DNA of 64,000 bases from Squalus acanthias (GCA_030390025.1 CM059431.1:109804001-109868000); one strand, 5' to 3'; positions 36,588 to 50,789 are shown, numbered from the stretch's first letter. Made by a program: numbers and translations. The notes: generated by a model from the letters alone, not told the origin.

Positions 36588-39551
36588 GCATCTTGTAGAT
36601 GGTACACACTGCAGCCACGGTACGCCGGTGGTGGAGGGAGTGAATGTTTAAGGTGGTGGATGGGGTGCCAATCAAATGGGCTGCTTTGTCCTGGATGGTG
36701 TCGAGCTTCTTGAGTGTTGTTGGAGCTGCACTCATCCAGGCAAGTGGAGAGTATTCCATCACACTCCTGACTTGTGTCTTGTAGATGGTGGAAAGGCTTT
36801 GGGGAGTCAGGAGGTGAGACACTCGCCACAGAATACCTAGCCTCTGACCTGCTCTTGTTGCCACAGTATTTATGTGGCTGGTCCAGTTAAGTTTCTGGTC
36901 AATGGTGACCCCCAGGATGTTGATGGTGGGGGATTCGGCGATGGTAATGCCATTGAATGTCAAGGGGAGGTGGTTAGACTCTCGCTTGTTGGAGATAGTC
37001 ATTGCCTGGCACTTCTGTGGCGCGAATGTTACCTGCCACTTATCAGCCCAAGCCTGAACGTCGTCCAGGTCTTGTTGCATGCGGGCATGGACTGCTTCAT
37101 TATCTGTGGAGTTGCGAATGGCGCTGAACACTGTGCAGTCATCAGCGAACATCCCCATTTCTGACCTTATGTTGGAGGGAAGGTCATTGATGAAGCAGCT
37201 GAAGATGGTTGGGCCTAGGACACTGCCCTGAAGAACTCCTGCAGCGATGTCCTGGGGCTGTGATGATTGACCTTCAACCACCACAACCATCTTCCTTTGT
37301 GCTAGGTATGACTCCAGCCAGTGGAGCGTTTTCCCACTGATTTCCATTGACTTCAGTTTTACTAGGGCTCCTTGATGCCAGATTCGGTCAAATGCTGCCT
37401 TGATGTCAAGGGCAGTCACTCTCACCTCACCTCTGGAATTCAGCTCCTTTGTCCATGTTTGGGCCAAGGCTGTAATGAGTTCGGGAGCTGAGTGGTCTTG
37501 GCGGAACCCAAACTGGGCATCAGTGAGCAGGTTATTGGTGAGTAAGTGCCGCTTGATAGCATTGTCGATGACACCTTCCATCACTTTGCTGATGATTGAG
37601 AGTAGACTGATGGGGCGGTAATTGGCCAGATTGGATTTGTCCTGCTTTTTGTGGACAGGACATACCTGGGCAGTTTTCCACATTGTCGGATAAATGCCAG
37701 TGTTGTAGCTGTACTGGAACAGCTTGGCTAGAGGCGCGGCTAGTTCTGGAGCACAAGTCTTCAGCACGATAGCCGGGGTGTTGTCGGGGCCCATAGCCTT
37801 TGCTATATCCAGTGCGCTCAGCCGTTTCTTGATATCACGTGGAGTGAATCGAATTGGCTTCTGTGATGGTGGGGACCTCGGGAGTAGGCCAATATGGATC
37901 ATCCACTTGGCACTTCTGGCTGAAGTTGGTTGCAAACGCTTCAACCTTGTCTTTTGCACTCACGTGCTGGGCTCCACCATCATTGAGGATGGGGATATTC
38001 TTGGAGCCTTCTCCTCCCATTAGTTGTTTAATGGTCCACCATCATTCACGACTGGATGTGGCAGGACTGCAGAGCTTTGATCTGATCCGTTGATTGTGGG
38101 ATCGCTTAGCCCTGTCTATAGCATGCTGCTTCCGCTTTTTAGCATGCATGTAGTCCTGTGTTGCAGCTTCCCCAGGTTGGCACCTCATTTTTAGGTACGC
38201 CTGCTGCTGCTCCTGGCATGCTCTTCTACACTCGTTGTTGAACCAGGGTTGGTGCCCTGGCTTGGTGGTAATGGTAGAGTGAGGGATATGCCGGGCCATG
38301 AGGTTACAGATTGTGGTGGAATACAATTCTGCTGCTGCTGGTGGCCCACAGCGCCTCATGGATGCCCAGTTTTGAGCTGCTAGATCTGTTCTGAATCTAT
38401 CCCATTTAGCACGGTGGTAGTGCCACACAACACGATGGAGGGTGTCCTCAGTGTGAAGACGGGACTTCGTCCCCACAATGACTGTGCGGTGGTCACTGCT
38501 ACCAATACTGTCATGGACAGATGCATCTGCGACAGGTAGATTGGTGAGGACTAGGTCAGGTAGGTTTTTCCCTCGTGTTGGTTCACTCACCACCTGTTGC
38601 AGGCCCAGACTGGCAGTTACGTCCTTCAGGACTCGGCCAGCTCAGTCAGTAGTGGTGCTACCGAGCCACTCTTGGTGATGGACATTGAAGTTCCCCCACC
38701 CAGAGTACATTCTGTGCCCTTGCTACTCTCAGTGCTTCTTCCAATTGATGTTCAACATACAGGAGTACTGATTCATCAGCTGAGGTAGGGCGGTAGGTGG
38801 TAATCAGCAGGAGGTTTCCTTGCCCATGTTTGACCTGAAGCCATGAGACTTCATGCAGGTCCGGAGTCAATGTTGAGGACTCCCAGGACCACTCCTTCCC
38901 GACTGTATACCACTGTGCCGCCACATCTGGTGGGTCTGTCCTGTCGGTGGGACAGGACATACCCAGGGATGGTGATGGAAGAGTTTGGGACATTGGCTGA
39001 AAGGTATGATTCTGTGAGTATGACTATGTCAGGCTGTTGCTTGACTAGTCTGTGGGACAGCTCTCCCAATTTTGGCACAAGTCCCCAGATGTTGGTGAGG
39101 AGGACTTTGCAAGATTGACTGGGCTGGGTGTGCCGTTGCCGTGTCCGTAGCCGGTGCCGAGGTCGATGCCGGGTGGTCCGTCCGGTTTCATTCTTATTAT
39201 TTTGTTTCGTAGCAGTTAGTTACAACTGAGTGGGTTGCTAGGCCATTTCAGAGGGCAGTTAAGAGTCAACCACATGCTTTGGGTCTGGAGTCACATATCG
39301 GCCAGACCAGGTAAGGACGGCAGATTTCCTTCCCTGAAGAACATTAGTGAACCACATGGATTTTTACGACAATCTGATAGTTTCATGGTTACCATTACTG
39401 ATACTAGCTTTTTTTTAATTCCAGATTTATTTAATTAACTGAATTTAAATTCCCCAGCTGCCGTGGTGGGACTTGAACTCGCGTCTCTGGATCATTAGTC
39501 CAGGCCTCTGGATTACTAGCCCAGCGACATTACCACTACGCTACCGTTCTC
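36588..39551 (-). mobile_element. Near full-length single-ORF LINE (CR1/Jockey-group-like APE-RT) with a tRNA-like 5' head; frameshifted
   Basis: APE motifs KVLLTNIWGL, DIVILTESYL, ITTYRP, EPTRGKNLPDLVLTN, SSDHRTV; RT motifs NYRPISLLS, QFGFR, DIKAAFDRIWH, QGSVLGP, FADD; A box tagcgtagtgg (39533-39543) and B box gagttcaagtccc (39468-39480). Confidence 0.92.
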
Positions 39552-42108
39552 GTACCTCACACCTTAATTAGACATTTTTTTTGTCTGTCACAACATATTT
39601 GATATGAAAAAACACAATACATGTACTATGAGAAAAGCAAGAAAAGACAACTTTAATGTAATAAACTTTTTAAATAAAAAAGTAAAATATAATTTTTTTT
39701 TTTAAAAACCCTCCAAGCAGCATGGCCAACTCAGAGCAGAATTTCAGGTGGAGGGTACGCACATCAAGTAGCCACACCAGTCTGAACATCTGGCACAGCA
39801 ACCACACGAGGCCATTCCATCAGAAAGGCCAATTGATAACCTTTAACTGAGTGGAGGCAAATGGCAGACCACCAGCTAATAATGGAGTAGCTTCCGTCCC
39901 GTCAAATATTTCAGCATCACAATGTGCGAGCGGAAAAGTTACAAAACCATCCCGGCCAAGAAGCCAGTCAGAACTTGGACTCTCAACAGTCTATGGGTAA
40001 CATTTCGCATTATAGTACTGACTAAAGAAATGACAAAGTTAGCCAGACCCAAATCACAGTGACTGCCTAAGGAGATCACAAACAACGTAAAAGCCTGAGA
40101 TCTATTTTTAAATGTAACAGCGACGCAGACAAAGAATATTACAAGTTAATTGAGGATAAGTAAAAGTAATAAGAGAAAGCATAAAAAGACTTAGTGAGCT
40201 TTCATGTTAAGTTCGAGGTTTATTATGAACCAGTAAGACAGATTAAGATCTATTTACACTACCTGCAGTAGATCACATAGACATTCTGCATCAACCCTTA
40301 TGACACAAACACTTCTACTTCCTGAGTTCACAGTGAGGTCATGCCTTGTTCTCTTAAAGTGGCTGCTAATATTACAGACAAAAGTGAGAAGGAGGTAGTA
40401 ACTAGTAGGGATTAAATTTACTTTTAGCATTGTGCACAATAGACAGTGTTGAAAATCAAATGAATCCTTTTATGGATGTTAAGTAGAAATGTTACAGAAG
40501 ATAAGCAAATACCAGATGTGTTAAATTAATTTCTTACATCAGTCTTCAATAATGAGCACTGGACGAAATCCAGAAGCAGTCAAACTACATTGGGAATCTA
40601 TAACATATGTGGATGTCAGTAAAGCATGTGTTATGAAGCAGCTCCAAGCAAGACACTTGGATCAGCTAAGATATACTCCAGAAATCTCAAGGAAACAAGT
40701 AGGAAAATAGATGAGATTCAGATTGATATTTTCATGAGCTCCTTTGATTTAGTGGCTGTTCTAAGACCCCGATTAAAATGATGCATCCCAAAATCCTCGG
40801 GCCGTGATCCCAACAGTTATACCAAGCTCGTACCCACTGAGGCACTCCGGTGACGACCCTGCTGGAGTATAGAGTCGGTGGGAGGGCACCTACCTAGCAT
40901 AGGGCCGGCAGGCTGGCAGGTGCATGCGCCAGCAGTAGCATACCTTGTGACCCCGCCATCACCACTGTCAGAAACTCTAGTGCCCCCGGGAGAGCACTTT
41001 TTCCAACCCCTTTCAGCCCTTTCACCAAGGGGATCATTACTAACATTTTTTTAAAAAAGCTTACGTTCATCTTCAGGGGTTCAAGTTGTTTCCCTGGCTG
41101 GACTTCACCATCTCCCCATTGAGGCCCATCTGCATCCTTCTACCAGCCTCCAAACTTTCACCAGGTCCCAGTAAGGTTGGGGAAATGGGAACTCCCAGCA
41201 TAGGGAGTCCCTGCCCCGCCCCCTCCAGCTCCACCCCCTTTACACACGAGCTTTGTAAGGGACGATCAGAAAGTCCACCACTTACAAGACCGACCAGGAG
41301 CTCCCAGCATAATGAGTACCACGCATATCCATGTCTAGGCCAATTTCCCATTCCACTGTAATTACAGCAGGAATCTGTTGGAATAGCCAAATAAATTTGG
41401 TGCGATGTATTTTTGTCTAATGGTGTTTTGGTAGCTATCACTTTAAGACTCAGTTATTGTGTGAAAGGTAGTTCAGCAGCTAGATAAAGCCCCCACTGAT
41501 GAAATGTTGCACTGTAAGTCAGGGAACTATAGCCCAGTTAGTCTAACCAATGGAGAAGGTGGATGCTCAGGTATTTTAGTGGACAACCCATCAATGTTGA
41601 TCTAAAATTTATGGAGGCCGTAAGGGGAAGTCACCCTAATTTTAGAAGCAATTGATCATGTTGCACACACCCAAGGAATTTATTTAGAGAAGATTAAATA
41701 AAATGAATGAATGAGAGCTTTCCAGTTGATATCATTTGAATTTTGAGCAGTTGTCTATAAGTATTCCACATCTGGTTTGTTGGAAGATATTACTAGTGAA
41801 GTAGCAAGCTGGATTTGAAACATGCTAGGCAATGGAATACAGAAAAATGGTCAAGGGTCCCTCTGGCCCATAGTAATGGTCACTCTGGATCTCCGTCTGC
41901 TCGTTTTATTCATAAATTGAGGAGGACACATTCATCAATGTCCAACGATAACAAGCTACGTGACCAGTGCAGTGAAGGCGGAAGCTATTCAAAGGCAACT
42001 GGAAAAAATTAAGTCAATTGAATAAGGAATGGCTGATGTAATTTATCACATAAGAAAACTTTAGATGTACCTGGAGGACATCTGACAGTAAGATGAAAAA
42101 AATACTTG

Positions 42109-43001
42109 GGGGTAGAAATTAGGTCGCGCCCCATTTGGGGCGCAAATATCGTCTGGACGCAAATATTAGCGCCTGGCGCTAATTATCGGCACTGTCTGGA
42201 AACTTCACTTTTACCGCCCCGGGAGGTGAGTGGAGCGCTAAAGCAGGCGCTGCACACCTGTCTTAAGGCGCAAAGGCCAAGGAGTGAGGCGCTAACTCAG
42301 AGCGCTGGCGAAGCTCATGTAATGTCAGTCAGCAATGGAACACACACACAATGGCACGGGCCAGTTCTTAAAGGGGATGGTTAATCTTGCTTTCCATCCA
42401 CATCCTGTTCATTGCAGCCTTGAATCTCGGCCTGGAGAGACTTGCACATCAAATGTGCTGGAAAGAACAATGGAGAGTACCAGGCAAAGAGCTCAGAGTG
42501 CAGCTCCCACAGTCTCTGCTAAATCGATACAAGGAATGGCAAATCAAAATGAACCTGCAAAGTGCTGCTCAGTACCCAAAACTCCTTCACACAACGTTGA
42601 ATCTCTCCAGAAGTCTCTCCCTCTCTCTCTCAGAATGCGTAGTTCAAAAATGCCACCAACAATAAAAGACAGGAAGAGGCCCCCTTTAAATAGCGCCCCC
42701 CCCAGCCCCACAGCGATTGATAGCGTTCCAGTCTTCCGGTCGTTGGAAGCGCCAGGCGGTAAGGCAGGGGGCGCCACTCAATTTCCGCTCCGGAGCGCCA
42801 CAAGGGCGTTGCACCATGGAATGACGTCACAATCTGCACGCGCAGGTGGTCGCAGCGGTAAGTTTTAGCGCCGCCGCACAATCTCAAGTTAAGTTCTCGA
42901 GCGGCGCAAACATCGCTGCGCCCGGCCGTTAGCGGCTTTGCGCCCCATTAGCGCCCTCTTAAGGCGCTAACGGGAGGCGCAACCAACTGAATTTTTACCC
43001 C
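42109..43001 (+). mobile_element. Harbinger MITE (family A, second copy)
   Basis: TIR ggggtagaaatt / aatttttacccc; TSD TTG; collinear with 5408-6296. Confidence 0.9.
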
Positions 43002-43544
43002 TTGAAGTTTTATAAATTATTGGGAAGGTCCAATTTGGAACATTCCTGTAGATTTTTATAAATTTACCCTCCCAGCACAGAGCTTTGTGCAATGGGAATG
43101 CATGTTGGGAATTCAGGTGCAGAGGTCAGCACGCCCTGTATTATTTTCTATTCATTAAAATTAATGGACGGAAAATTTGTCAATGGTTTAATAGTCAACG
43201 AGCTGACTTCTGTGCCCAAATTACTGATTTACACTGCCGACATACAAAGCTCTATGCCGGGAGTGCTAATTCATAACATCTATCCCATTGTGTACAGTGT
43301 TGGTCACCCATGTCTTGAAAATGGTATTGATGAATTGGAAACGGTGAAAAACAACAGCAAGGATAGCTCTGCAACTCAAAATGTTAGATTATGAAGATCG
43401 GTTGATTAAATTGCCACATGTTCAGGATGTTACAAAAAAAAAAGCTTAAAGGCATGAAAAGCACAGATGTAAGTAAGTTATTTAACAAATTGTGATTGTA
43501 GAACTTGAGTAAACATTAGCAAGCGTCATGCAAGATCAGTGCAG

Positions 43545-43750
43545 AATAATCAACATAACAAAAACAGATTATCTGGTCATTATCACATTGCTGTTTGTGG
43601 GACCTCGCTGAGCGCAAATTGGCTGCCGTGTTTCCCACATTACAACAGTGACTCCACTTCAAAAGTACTTCATTGGTTGTAAAGCGCTTCGAGACGTCCG
43701 GTGGTCGTGAAAGGCGCTATAGAAATGCAAGTCTTTCTTTTCTTTCTTTC
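43545..43750 (+). mobile_element. SacSINE1-like 3' half
   Basis: Matches about 2690-2877. Confidence 0.82.
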
Positions 43751-44324
43751 ACAGAATAGTAGATATGTGGAATAGGTCATTTGGACATGGTCAGTGAGCC
43801 TTCCAAGGTTCCTTCAAAAGCAGTAAAGTCTATGTCAACTAATTTCTTGAAATATCAAAACTGGGCACACATCAGGTTAAAGAAAGCACTGGAAGTTAAG
43901 ATTATGAATTAGAATTCCATGTTATGACGATAAGTATAGGCATAGATGATTAAATATTCTATGGATCAATATGGTTCCAATCTTATTCTGACTAGTATTG
44001 TGCCATACTACTGGTCGGTGCTGAATAAAGTTACATAGATATCCTGCCATTGCTTTGCTCGATTAGCTTCATGTCCAATGAATTTTATATTTTTTCTCCT
44101 TGGAAGAAACTGTTGCCTGTTGTATGGTGGGATAGTTTATCCCTGTTTCTGTGGAATGTTCAGGAGTGTACATTTTCTAATAGTATAACATGAATGAAGT
44201 AGTGAAGGTTGAATAATTTATTCCCTTTTATTATTAGTTACTTTTGGAATATTTGTGAACTTTGCAGCAACAGGAAGGAAATGCTGCTTTAAATAGACCC
44301 TAAGGAGGACAGGCTCCAGGGAAT

Positions 44325-44440
44325 GGAGCATAGAAGCAGGAGGAGGCCATTCAGCCCCTCGAGCCTGTTCTGCCATTCAGTTAGATCATGGCTGATCTGT
44401 ATCTTAACTCCATCCACCTGCCTTGGTTCCTTAACCCTAG
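44325..44440 (-). mobile_element. CR1 3' tail
   Basis: catagaagcaggaggaggccattcagcccctcgagcc is the same motif as 1250-1320. Confidence 0.75.
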
Positions 44441-45395
44441 GCCCTAGGTTTAAGGCAACAGAGTTGGCTTAGAATGGCGGTGAGGAAGGGATAGATTGAC
44501 CCCCCCGTCTCTTGTAATTGGAAAGGTCACTGGCATGGGCAGGGTAGACCAATCCAAACCTCTCCTAGGTCTTCACAAAACGCAATTTTATTAAGCAGCA
44601 TGATAGCCAGGCCTGCTGTATGGTAAAACCTTCCGATAGGTTGAGTTCAGCATTCTTGTCTGAAACTGGACTGATACAAGGGAAGAAGTTGCCTTGGTGA
44701 TTGTAAGTATAATTTGTTCAATTTAAAAAAAAAACCCACATCTGGCTAGTGGTGTCTTTTTTTGCGCTACTGAACTTGGAATTTTGGGATGAAGCTAGCC
44801 TTGACTGCAGCCTCTTGTTCACTGTATTTGTTTACTTCCTTTAGAAGAATGACTAAATTGGGAAGAGTCCGTGATTGTACAGAGTGCACAAGGCCCGTTG
44901 GAAGGAACAAAATTGATGCCCCGATTGGCTTTTGTAAAAATAAATTGCAGTATAACCAGCTTTTATTTAATTTCCCATTTTCTCCTTTAATCCCCCAGAC
45001 TGTGCACCATTCATGGTTAAGAGGACGTGCGGATGAATTTCTATCAGGCCTCTGTCAAGCTGAATTGTGAGGAGTCAAGTCAGGGTCAGCTCTCACTCTG
45101 AATTTCTCTTCCAGTATTGCAGTGCCTCTTAGTCAGCGATAAAGTGTGGTGGGAGTTTCAACCTGTCTCTCCTCGCTCTGTGGCTTTGTGCACTGATACC
45201 ACAACATTCTGCACCACCGCTCTGTTCTTTCATTCCAAAACTTCCTTAAGAGCGAGATGTCGTCTAACTGGGTTTATCCTTCTACAACTTTGGCAGCCCT
45301 CTATGCCACTGTGTCATTGTAAAGGCATGTCTAATGCCCTCTTCTTTATTCATGGCTATTTACTTTATCTTATTGTTTAAAGTGTTCTTGTTCAG

Positions 45396-45630
45396 CAACA
45401 ACAACAACAACAACAGCTTGCATTTTTATACGGCGCCTTTAACGTAGTAAAACGTCCCAAGACGTTTCACAGGAGCGTTATCAAACAAAATTTGACACCG
45501 AGCCATATAAGGAAATATTAGCGCAGATGAGGTAGATTTTAAGGAGCGTCTTAAAGGAGCAAAGAGAGGTGGAGAGGTTTAGGGAGGGAATTCCAGAGGT
45601 TAGGGCCTCGGCAGCTGAAGACACGGCCGC
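45396..45630 (-). mobile_element. L2-like 3' end with (TTG)n tail
   Basis: (caa)n followed by sequence shared with 59570-59778. Confidence 0.75.
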
Positions 45631-45916
45631 AGTACATTGGACTAATGTTAAAGAACAGAGCCCAGAATATCCTCCTGTAAAATGGTACTGAAATCGTGCA
45701 ATTTGGGGCAGTGGGGTAATGGGGCAGGATCTGGATCCACTGAAGTCTCGCCCCTTTTCGTGCCCACAGTAATTTCTCGCGGAGGTAAGAAACGTCCAAC
45801 CTCCAACAAATTCATAAAAATTTCAGGATAATGATGCAATTACATCGTTCATCAAAAATACCGTCACTTCTGCTAGGATTGCCCTCAACTTAACTCGCGC
45901 CTGTGTGAAGCAGGCA

Positions 45917-46310
45917 TGAATAGAGGCCATCAATATAAGAGAGTCACCAAGAAGCCCAATAGTGAATTCAGAAGAAACTTCTTTACCCAAAGAGTGGTGA
46001 GAATGTGGAACTCGCTACCACAGGGAGTGGTTGAAGCGAATAGTATAGATGCAGTTAAGGGGAGGCTAGACAAGCATATGAGGGAGAAGGGAATAGAGGG
46101 TTATGCTGATAGATTTAGATGAGGAAAGACGGGAGGAGGCTCGAGTGGAGCATAAACGCCGGCATGGACTGGTGGGGCCGAATGGCCTGTTTCTGTGCCA
46201 TATATCCTATGTAAGAACATAAGAACATAAGAAATAGGAGCAGGAGTAGGCCAATTGGCCCCTCGAGCCTGCCCCGCCATTCAATAAGATCATGGTTGAT
46301 CTGATCCTAA
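45917..46310. mobile_element. Two CR1 3' ends tail-to-tail (+ 45917-46212; - 46213-46310)
   Basis: ORF 45916-46122 FFTQRVVRMWNSLPQG; inverted (aacataag)n tail. Confidence 0.82.
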
Positions 46311-47256
46311 CCGCCAATCTACTATCACAGAAAGGTAATCCTATGTAAGGTGGAAGTAAGTTTTTGACAGAATTTCGGGTGTCCCAAAACAATTGCCTAT
46401 AGCTTTGCAGTTCCTGAACGACTTTTCAAATTGTGACAGCGGCTTATTCGAAGCACCTTTTCCAGTCAGTGAAACATGACCCTCTTGGAACTATTTTTCG
46501 GGCAGCTGAGTTCGTGGAGATGTATGAGAAGTCTGGCCATGGATTTTTACGGAGCAATTATAACTCCTTCCACCCAGCGGAAACGGGGCGGGAGCCGAAC
46601 TAAAATTGAGTTGGTCGACTTACCGCCCCATTCCAGCTCTACAACCATTCTACTGGGTGGCCTATGCGCCTGCCTGGAGTTAGCCAGAAGCTGCATTAAT
46701 CTATGCAAATCAGGGGTCCTATGGCGCACAATTATGAGGGTCTACTGGGTGGAGCGTGTGCTACAGACACTTCGGCCGCGATTTGGCCGGCGCGCAGAGG
46801 GCGGGTTTGGAGGCGGGTCCGGAGTTGAAATCAAAGTGATTGACGGCGGGCTGCGAACCCGCTGCCATCCCACCTCCATGCGACTTTCCAAAGTGTCAGG
46901 TCTGCGAGTTCCAATCAGACCCGACACCAAGCGGCGGGAGAGGCATTTAAGGTAGTTAACCCGCTTAATGCTATTTTTACAGGGTTTTTCGATTTTTGCC
47001 ACATTTTCAACGTGTTCCACGTCGTTTGACAAACACGCCAGCTCATTGTGTCGGGTATTGCAACAAGCTGAACAGTTGACAGCTGCAAATGTAGCATAAA
47101 AGCTAACCTGCCACATCAGTTCAATTTCAGATGCCAGAACTCTCTGTTTTCAGGATTTGGAAGACATATTTCAGGTGTATTGAGGTTGTAAGTGTGTGTT
47201 GTGAGATCTATATGCACTGTGACCTCCTTGGAATAACCTCTCCCCACATTGACTGA

Positions 47257-48543
47257 GTGCTTATAACATTTCTTCCTCAACTGACATATAGACCAGCAGA
47301 ATGGGAATCATTTATACCTTATATCTCATCCTGGTCCTCAGATTCAGAGGACGAGCAGCCGCAGCAGCAGCAGAACCAGGCACAACAGGAGCGCCAACCT
47401 TCTCCTGAGCCACCTGATGCTGCACAGGGCAGAGGCCGTCAGCGCAGGGCTGCACTGCGCCGCAGGAGATACCCCCAACACAGGGTTTACAGGCAGAGGA
47501 TGAGCTTCCTCAACATGAGTGAGCAGCAGTGCCAAAGGAAGCTGAGACTTTCGCGAGAGGTAGTCGCTGACATCTGCGCAATGCTGCACCAAGACCTGCA
47601 GCCCAGAGGAGCGGGTGGACACCCCTTACCAGTGGCTGTCAAAGTCACCACCGCACTCAACTTCTTTGCTTCAGGGTCCTTCCAGGGATCAGCAGCAGAC
47701 ATCAGCGGCATTTCCCAGTCAGCCGCACACACTTGCATCACGCAGATTACCAATGCCCTGTTTGCCAAGTCGCACAATTACATCCACTTCTCAAAGGATG
47801 AAACAAGTGTTACCGCGCGGGCGGTTGGGTTTGCCAATCTGGCAGGTTTCCCAAGGGTGCAGGGTGTCATCGACTGCACACATGTGGCCATCAGGGCACT
47901 CCATCACAACCCAGCTGTATTTGTCAACCGCAAGGACTTCCAGTCCCTTAAAATCCAGCTGGTGTGTAACCACAGGAAGAACATTATACATGTTTGCGTC
48001 TTGTTCCCTGGCAGTTGCCATGACTCATTCATCCTGCGGCAGTCTACTGTACCTCAGCTCTTCAATCCACCAATCCAACTTTCTGGATGGCTTCTTGGAG
48101 ACAACGGCTATCCCCTGAAGACGTGGCTAATGACACCGATGAGGAGGCCATCAAATGAAGCTGAGAAGCGCTACAATGAGAGCCACACTTCCACCAGAAG
48201 CATCATAGAGCAAACCATCGGCTTGCTCAAAATGCGCTTCAGATGTCTGGACAGATCTGGTAGAGCCCTACAGTACACACCAGCCAGGGTCTCTAGAATC
48301 ATCGTGGTCTGCTGTGCACTGCACAACATTGCACAGCAGCATGGCTTACCGCTGCCTGAGGAACAAGTGGCAGAACGCACAGCCTCCTCAGAGGAGGAGG
48401 AGGAGGAGAAGGAGGAGGAAGAGCCGAATGAGGCTGCAGATGAAGAAGACCTGGCGGAGGCGGCTGTCCCAGTGCTACCAGCATGCGAGCACATTGCTGG
48501 CCGTGAGGCAAGGGATGGGCTAATCCATGCCAGATTCGCGTGA
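47257..48543 (+). CDS. Harbinger (HARBI1-like) DDE transposase; open frame, probable frameshift near the native ATG at 47301
   Basis: [75 protein letters not shown], acidic C-terminal tail. Confidence 0.9.
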   Translation: MLITFLPQLTYRPAEWESFIPYISSWSSDSEDEQPQQQQNQAQQERQPSPEPPDAAQGRGRQRRAALRRRRYPQHRVYRQRMSFLNMSEQQCQRKLRLSREVVADICAMLHQDLQPRGAGGHPLPVAVKVTTALNFFASGSFQGSAADISGISQSAAHTCITQITNALFAKSHNYIHFSKDETSVTARAVGFANLAGFPRVQGVIDCTHVAIRALHHNPAVFVNRKDFQSLKIQLVCNHRKNIIHVCVLFPGSCHDSFILRQSTVPQLFNPPIQLSGWLLGDNGYPLKTWLMTPMRRPSNEAEKRYNESHTSTRSIIEQTIGLLKMRFRCLDRSGRALQYTPARVSRIIVVCCALHNIAQQHGLPLPEEQVAERTASSEEEEEEKEEEEPNEAADEEDLAEAAVPVLPACEHIAGREARDGLIHARFA

Positions 48544-49514
48544 CTTTATGCAGCAAAGACATGTGGCTGGCAGATGGGTATCAGGGTTGACAGGACCTTC
48601 ATTACACACCATACAGCATCTGTACAATGAACTGTGCATTCCTATCACTCTCCCCACCATCACTGCAGATGAAAGGCACCCTCACCCCTCACTGTGCCTC
48701 TACCAATTCAGAGCACACATAGGCCAACTCTTTGAATCTTTGACATCACATTTGTTCAATACAATAGAAATAAAGATGACAAACGTAACTTTGTATTATA
48801 TCAAAACACCCAAGTGACTACCCTTGTGAATATTTGTGTGTTAGCTTTCTCTTACATGTGCTTCTACGTGGTGCTTCCCCTGTGGCTTCAGCAGATGTAG
48901 AGGCAGCCTGCTCACTTCCCTGCTGCGCCTGCTTAGACGCCTTTGGCGGGTGGTCCTCTGGGTTTGGGAGCCTGGGAGGGCTCCACAAAAGTCTGCTCCT
49001 CCTGCAGCAGTGCAGGGGCAGAGGCGGCCATTTCAGTTGGATGAGGACTCTGGGGCTCTGACCGAGGACTCTGCAGTGGCATGGGAGTGTGAGCGCTTGG
49101 AGAAGAGCCCCCACTTCCTTATTGTCAACCACCAACATCCCTCTCATGGGTCGCCCACACTTCACTGCTAGCAAGTAGCTGGAGAGCACCTTGCTGCACA
49201 TCGGTGGGGCCAGAAGGATCCATTTCTGTGCTGACATTCCTCATAACAAGGACGTCCATGAACCTCTGGTTTCTCTCCTCAATAGATGCCCATCTATTTA
49301 GAAGTGTTACCATGTTCTCCTGAGTTTGGCGATTTATGTCCTCCATGGAGGTTGCCATCCTTTCCATGGCGGTACCTACATTCGCCATTGCGTGCACCAT
49401 GGCACTGCTCATGTTTGAGATGGACTCCTCCATTCTCTGTACACTCGCAGTTACAGTGGTTGCAAACCTTGTCAGAGACTCCTGCACTTGTTCCTGGATG
49501 GCCCCAGAGGCACA

Positions 49515-50235
49515 GGGCTGGATTTTCAATGACCCGTGGAGTCGGGTTTGGAGGCATGTGGGGGGTTAAAGTTGCAGATTCGGGGGTCCCGACCCCATCC
49601 CGACTCCAACACGCCTGCATGCAATTTTGACAAAATCGGTCGTGGGGTTCCCGACTCTGTCCCGCCTCCAAGAGGCGGGAGAGGCCATTAAAGCCCTTTA
49701 CGAGCCCTAAATTGGCTCTGTAATGCCATTTTGAAATGTTTTAGCTAGTTTAACCCTTTTCCGACGTGAAGTACGCCTGATGTGAAACACTCCAGTGAAA
49801 CCTGGCGGGAGCACATGTGGATAGCTGACTATCAGCTGCAGGTCCACTATTACAACGGAGATGTGATGAAGGTAGTAGTAGTATTAGGTCTGAAAGTCAC
49901 CTCTGAAGCTGCTGCATTGAATGTCTTCAGAGACTGCCTGGGAGGACTTGGTTGCAAAAAAATTCATTCTCTCTCTCTCTGAGCTGCTGCTCATTTTGCA
50001 TCCAGGTCAACTCACAGCAAAAGCCAGGCAGTCTCTCTGACCTGCAATGATGACATCATCAGAAGCGACTTTCAGACTGAAACCACTAATTGGTTCATAG
50101 GTTCCCACATGCTGGAACTCAATTGCCCAATTCAGTGAAAATTGCATCAATCTCCCACATCCAATTTCAGGCGGGTGGATAACACGAAATGCGGCTAACA
50201 CAACCCCAACCCGACCCCAAGACAAAATCCAGCCC
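49515..50235. mobile_element. Harbinger MITE (family B) inside Myb exon 3
   Basis: TIR gggctggatttt / aaaatccagccc; TSD ACA; inverse orientation of 13493-14259. Confidence 0.92.
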
Positions 50236-50789
50236 ACAGTGTCTACATGCAGCTGAGCAGAGCTCGGAGCATCTAACGGCCTCCGACGAGGACTCTCCAC
50301 TGCTGTCCCTGTCTCCATCATCTGCTGATGCTCACTTGTGAGCTATGATACACCAAGTGACAACACTACTCTATCTCCCAAAGGACCCACCAAGGTGTGC
50401 GTCTCTGCGCTGGTGCTGGGTGCGCTCATTTCTGCTGACGCTGCTCCCTCAGAGGCTGCAGGTTCCTCTGAGGAGTCATCTGGCTCTTCCTCCTGGACAG
50501 TGGGGAGGGAGGCGCTCGATGGTCCTGTGGGGGAGTAAAGGCATGAGTTAGACATGTGATATTTAGGTAGCAGACACATTCCATTGTGCAGATGACCAGA
50601 ACTCAATCTCTATCAACATCAGATGCCATATCAGTCACTCATGAAATCTAAATGAGAGGGTTGCAAATCTATCCTGTCACCAGCTTGCTGTACTACGCCC
50701 ATCTCTCCATCCCCCACTTCCAGCTCCTCTGCACCTCCGACAATCTCGATAGCAGCCTCCTCAGCGTTAGCTAAATGCGCCATAGAAGG

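Noticed and set aside
39215..39345. Possible HDV-like ribozyme in the LINE 5' UTR (ccgtccttacctggtctggcc)
   Set aside because: No upstream P1 partner, no GG for P1.1 and no conserved L3 G; gtctgg pairs more simply with downstream ccagac
47257..48543. Host HARBI1 gene
   Set aside because: Lies between TIRs with a TSD and a convergent Myb gene, so it is a transposon copy; no symbol assigned
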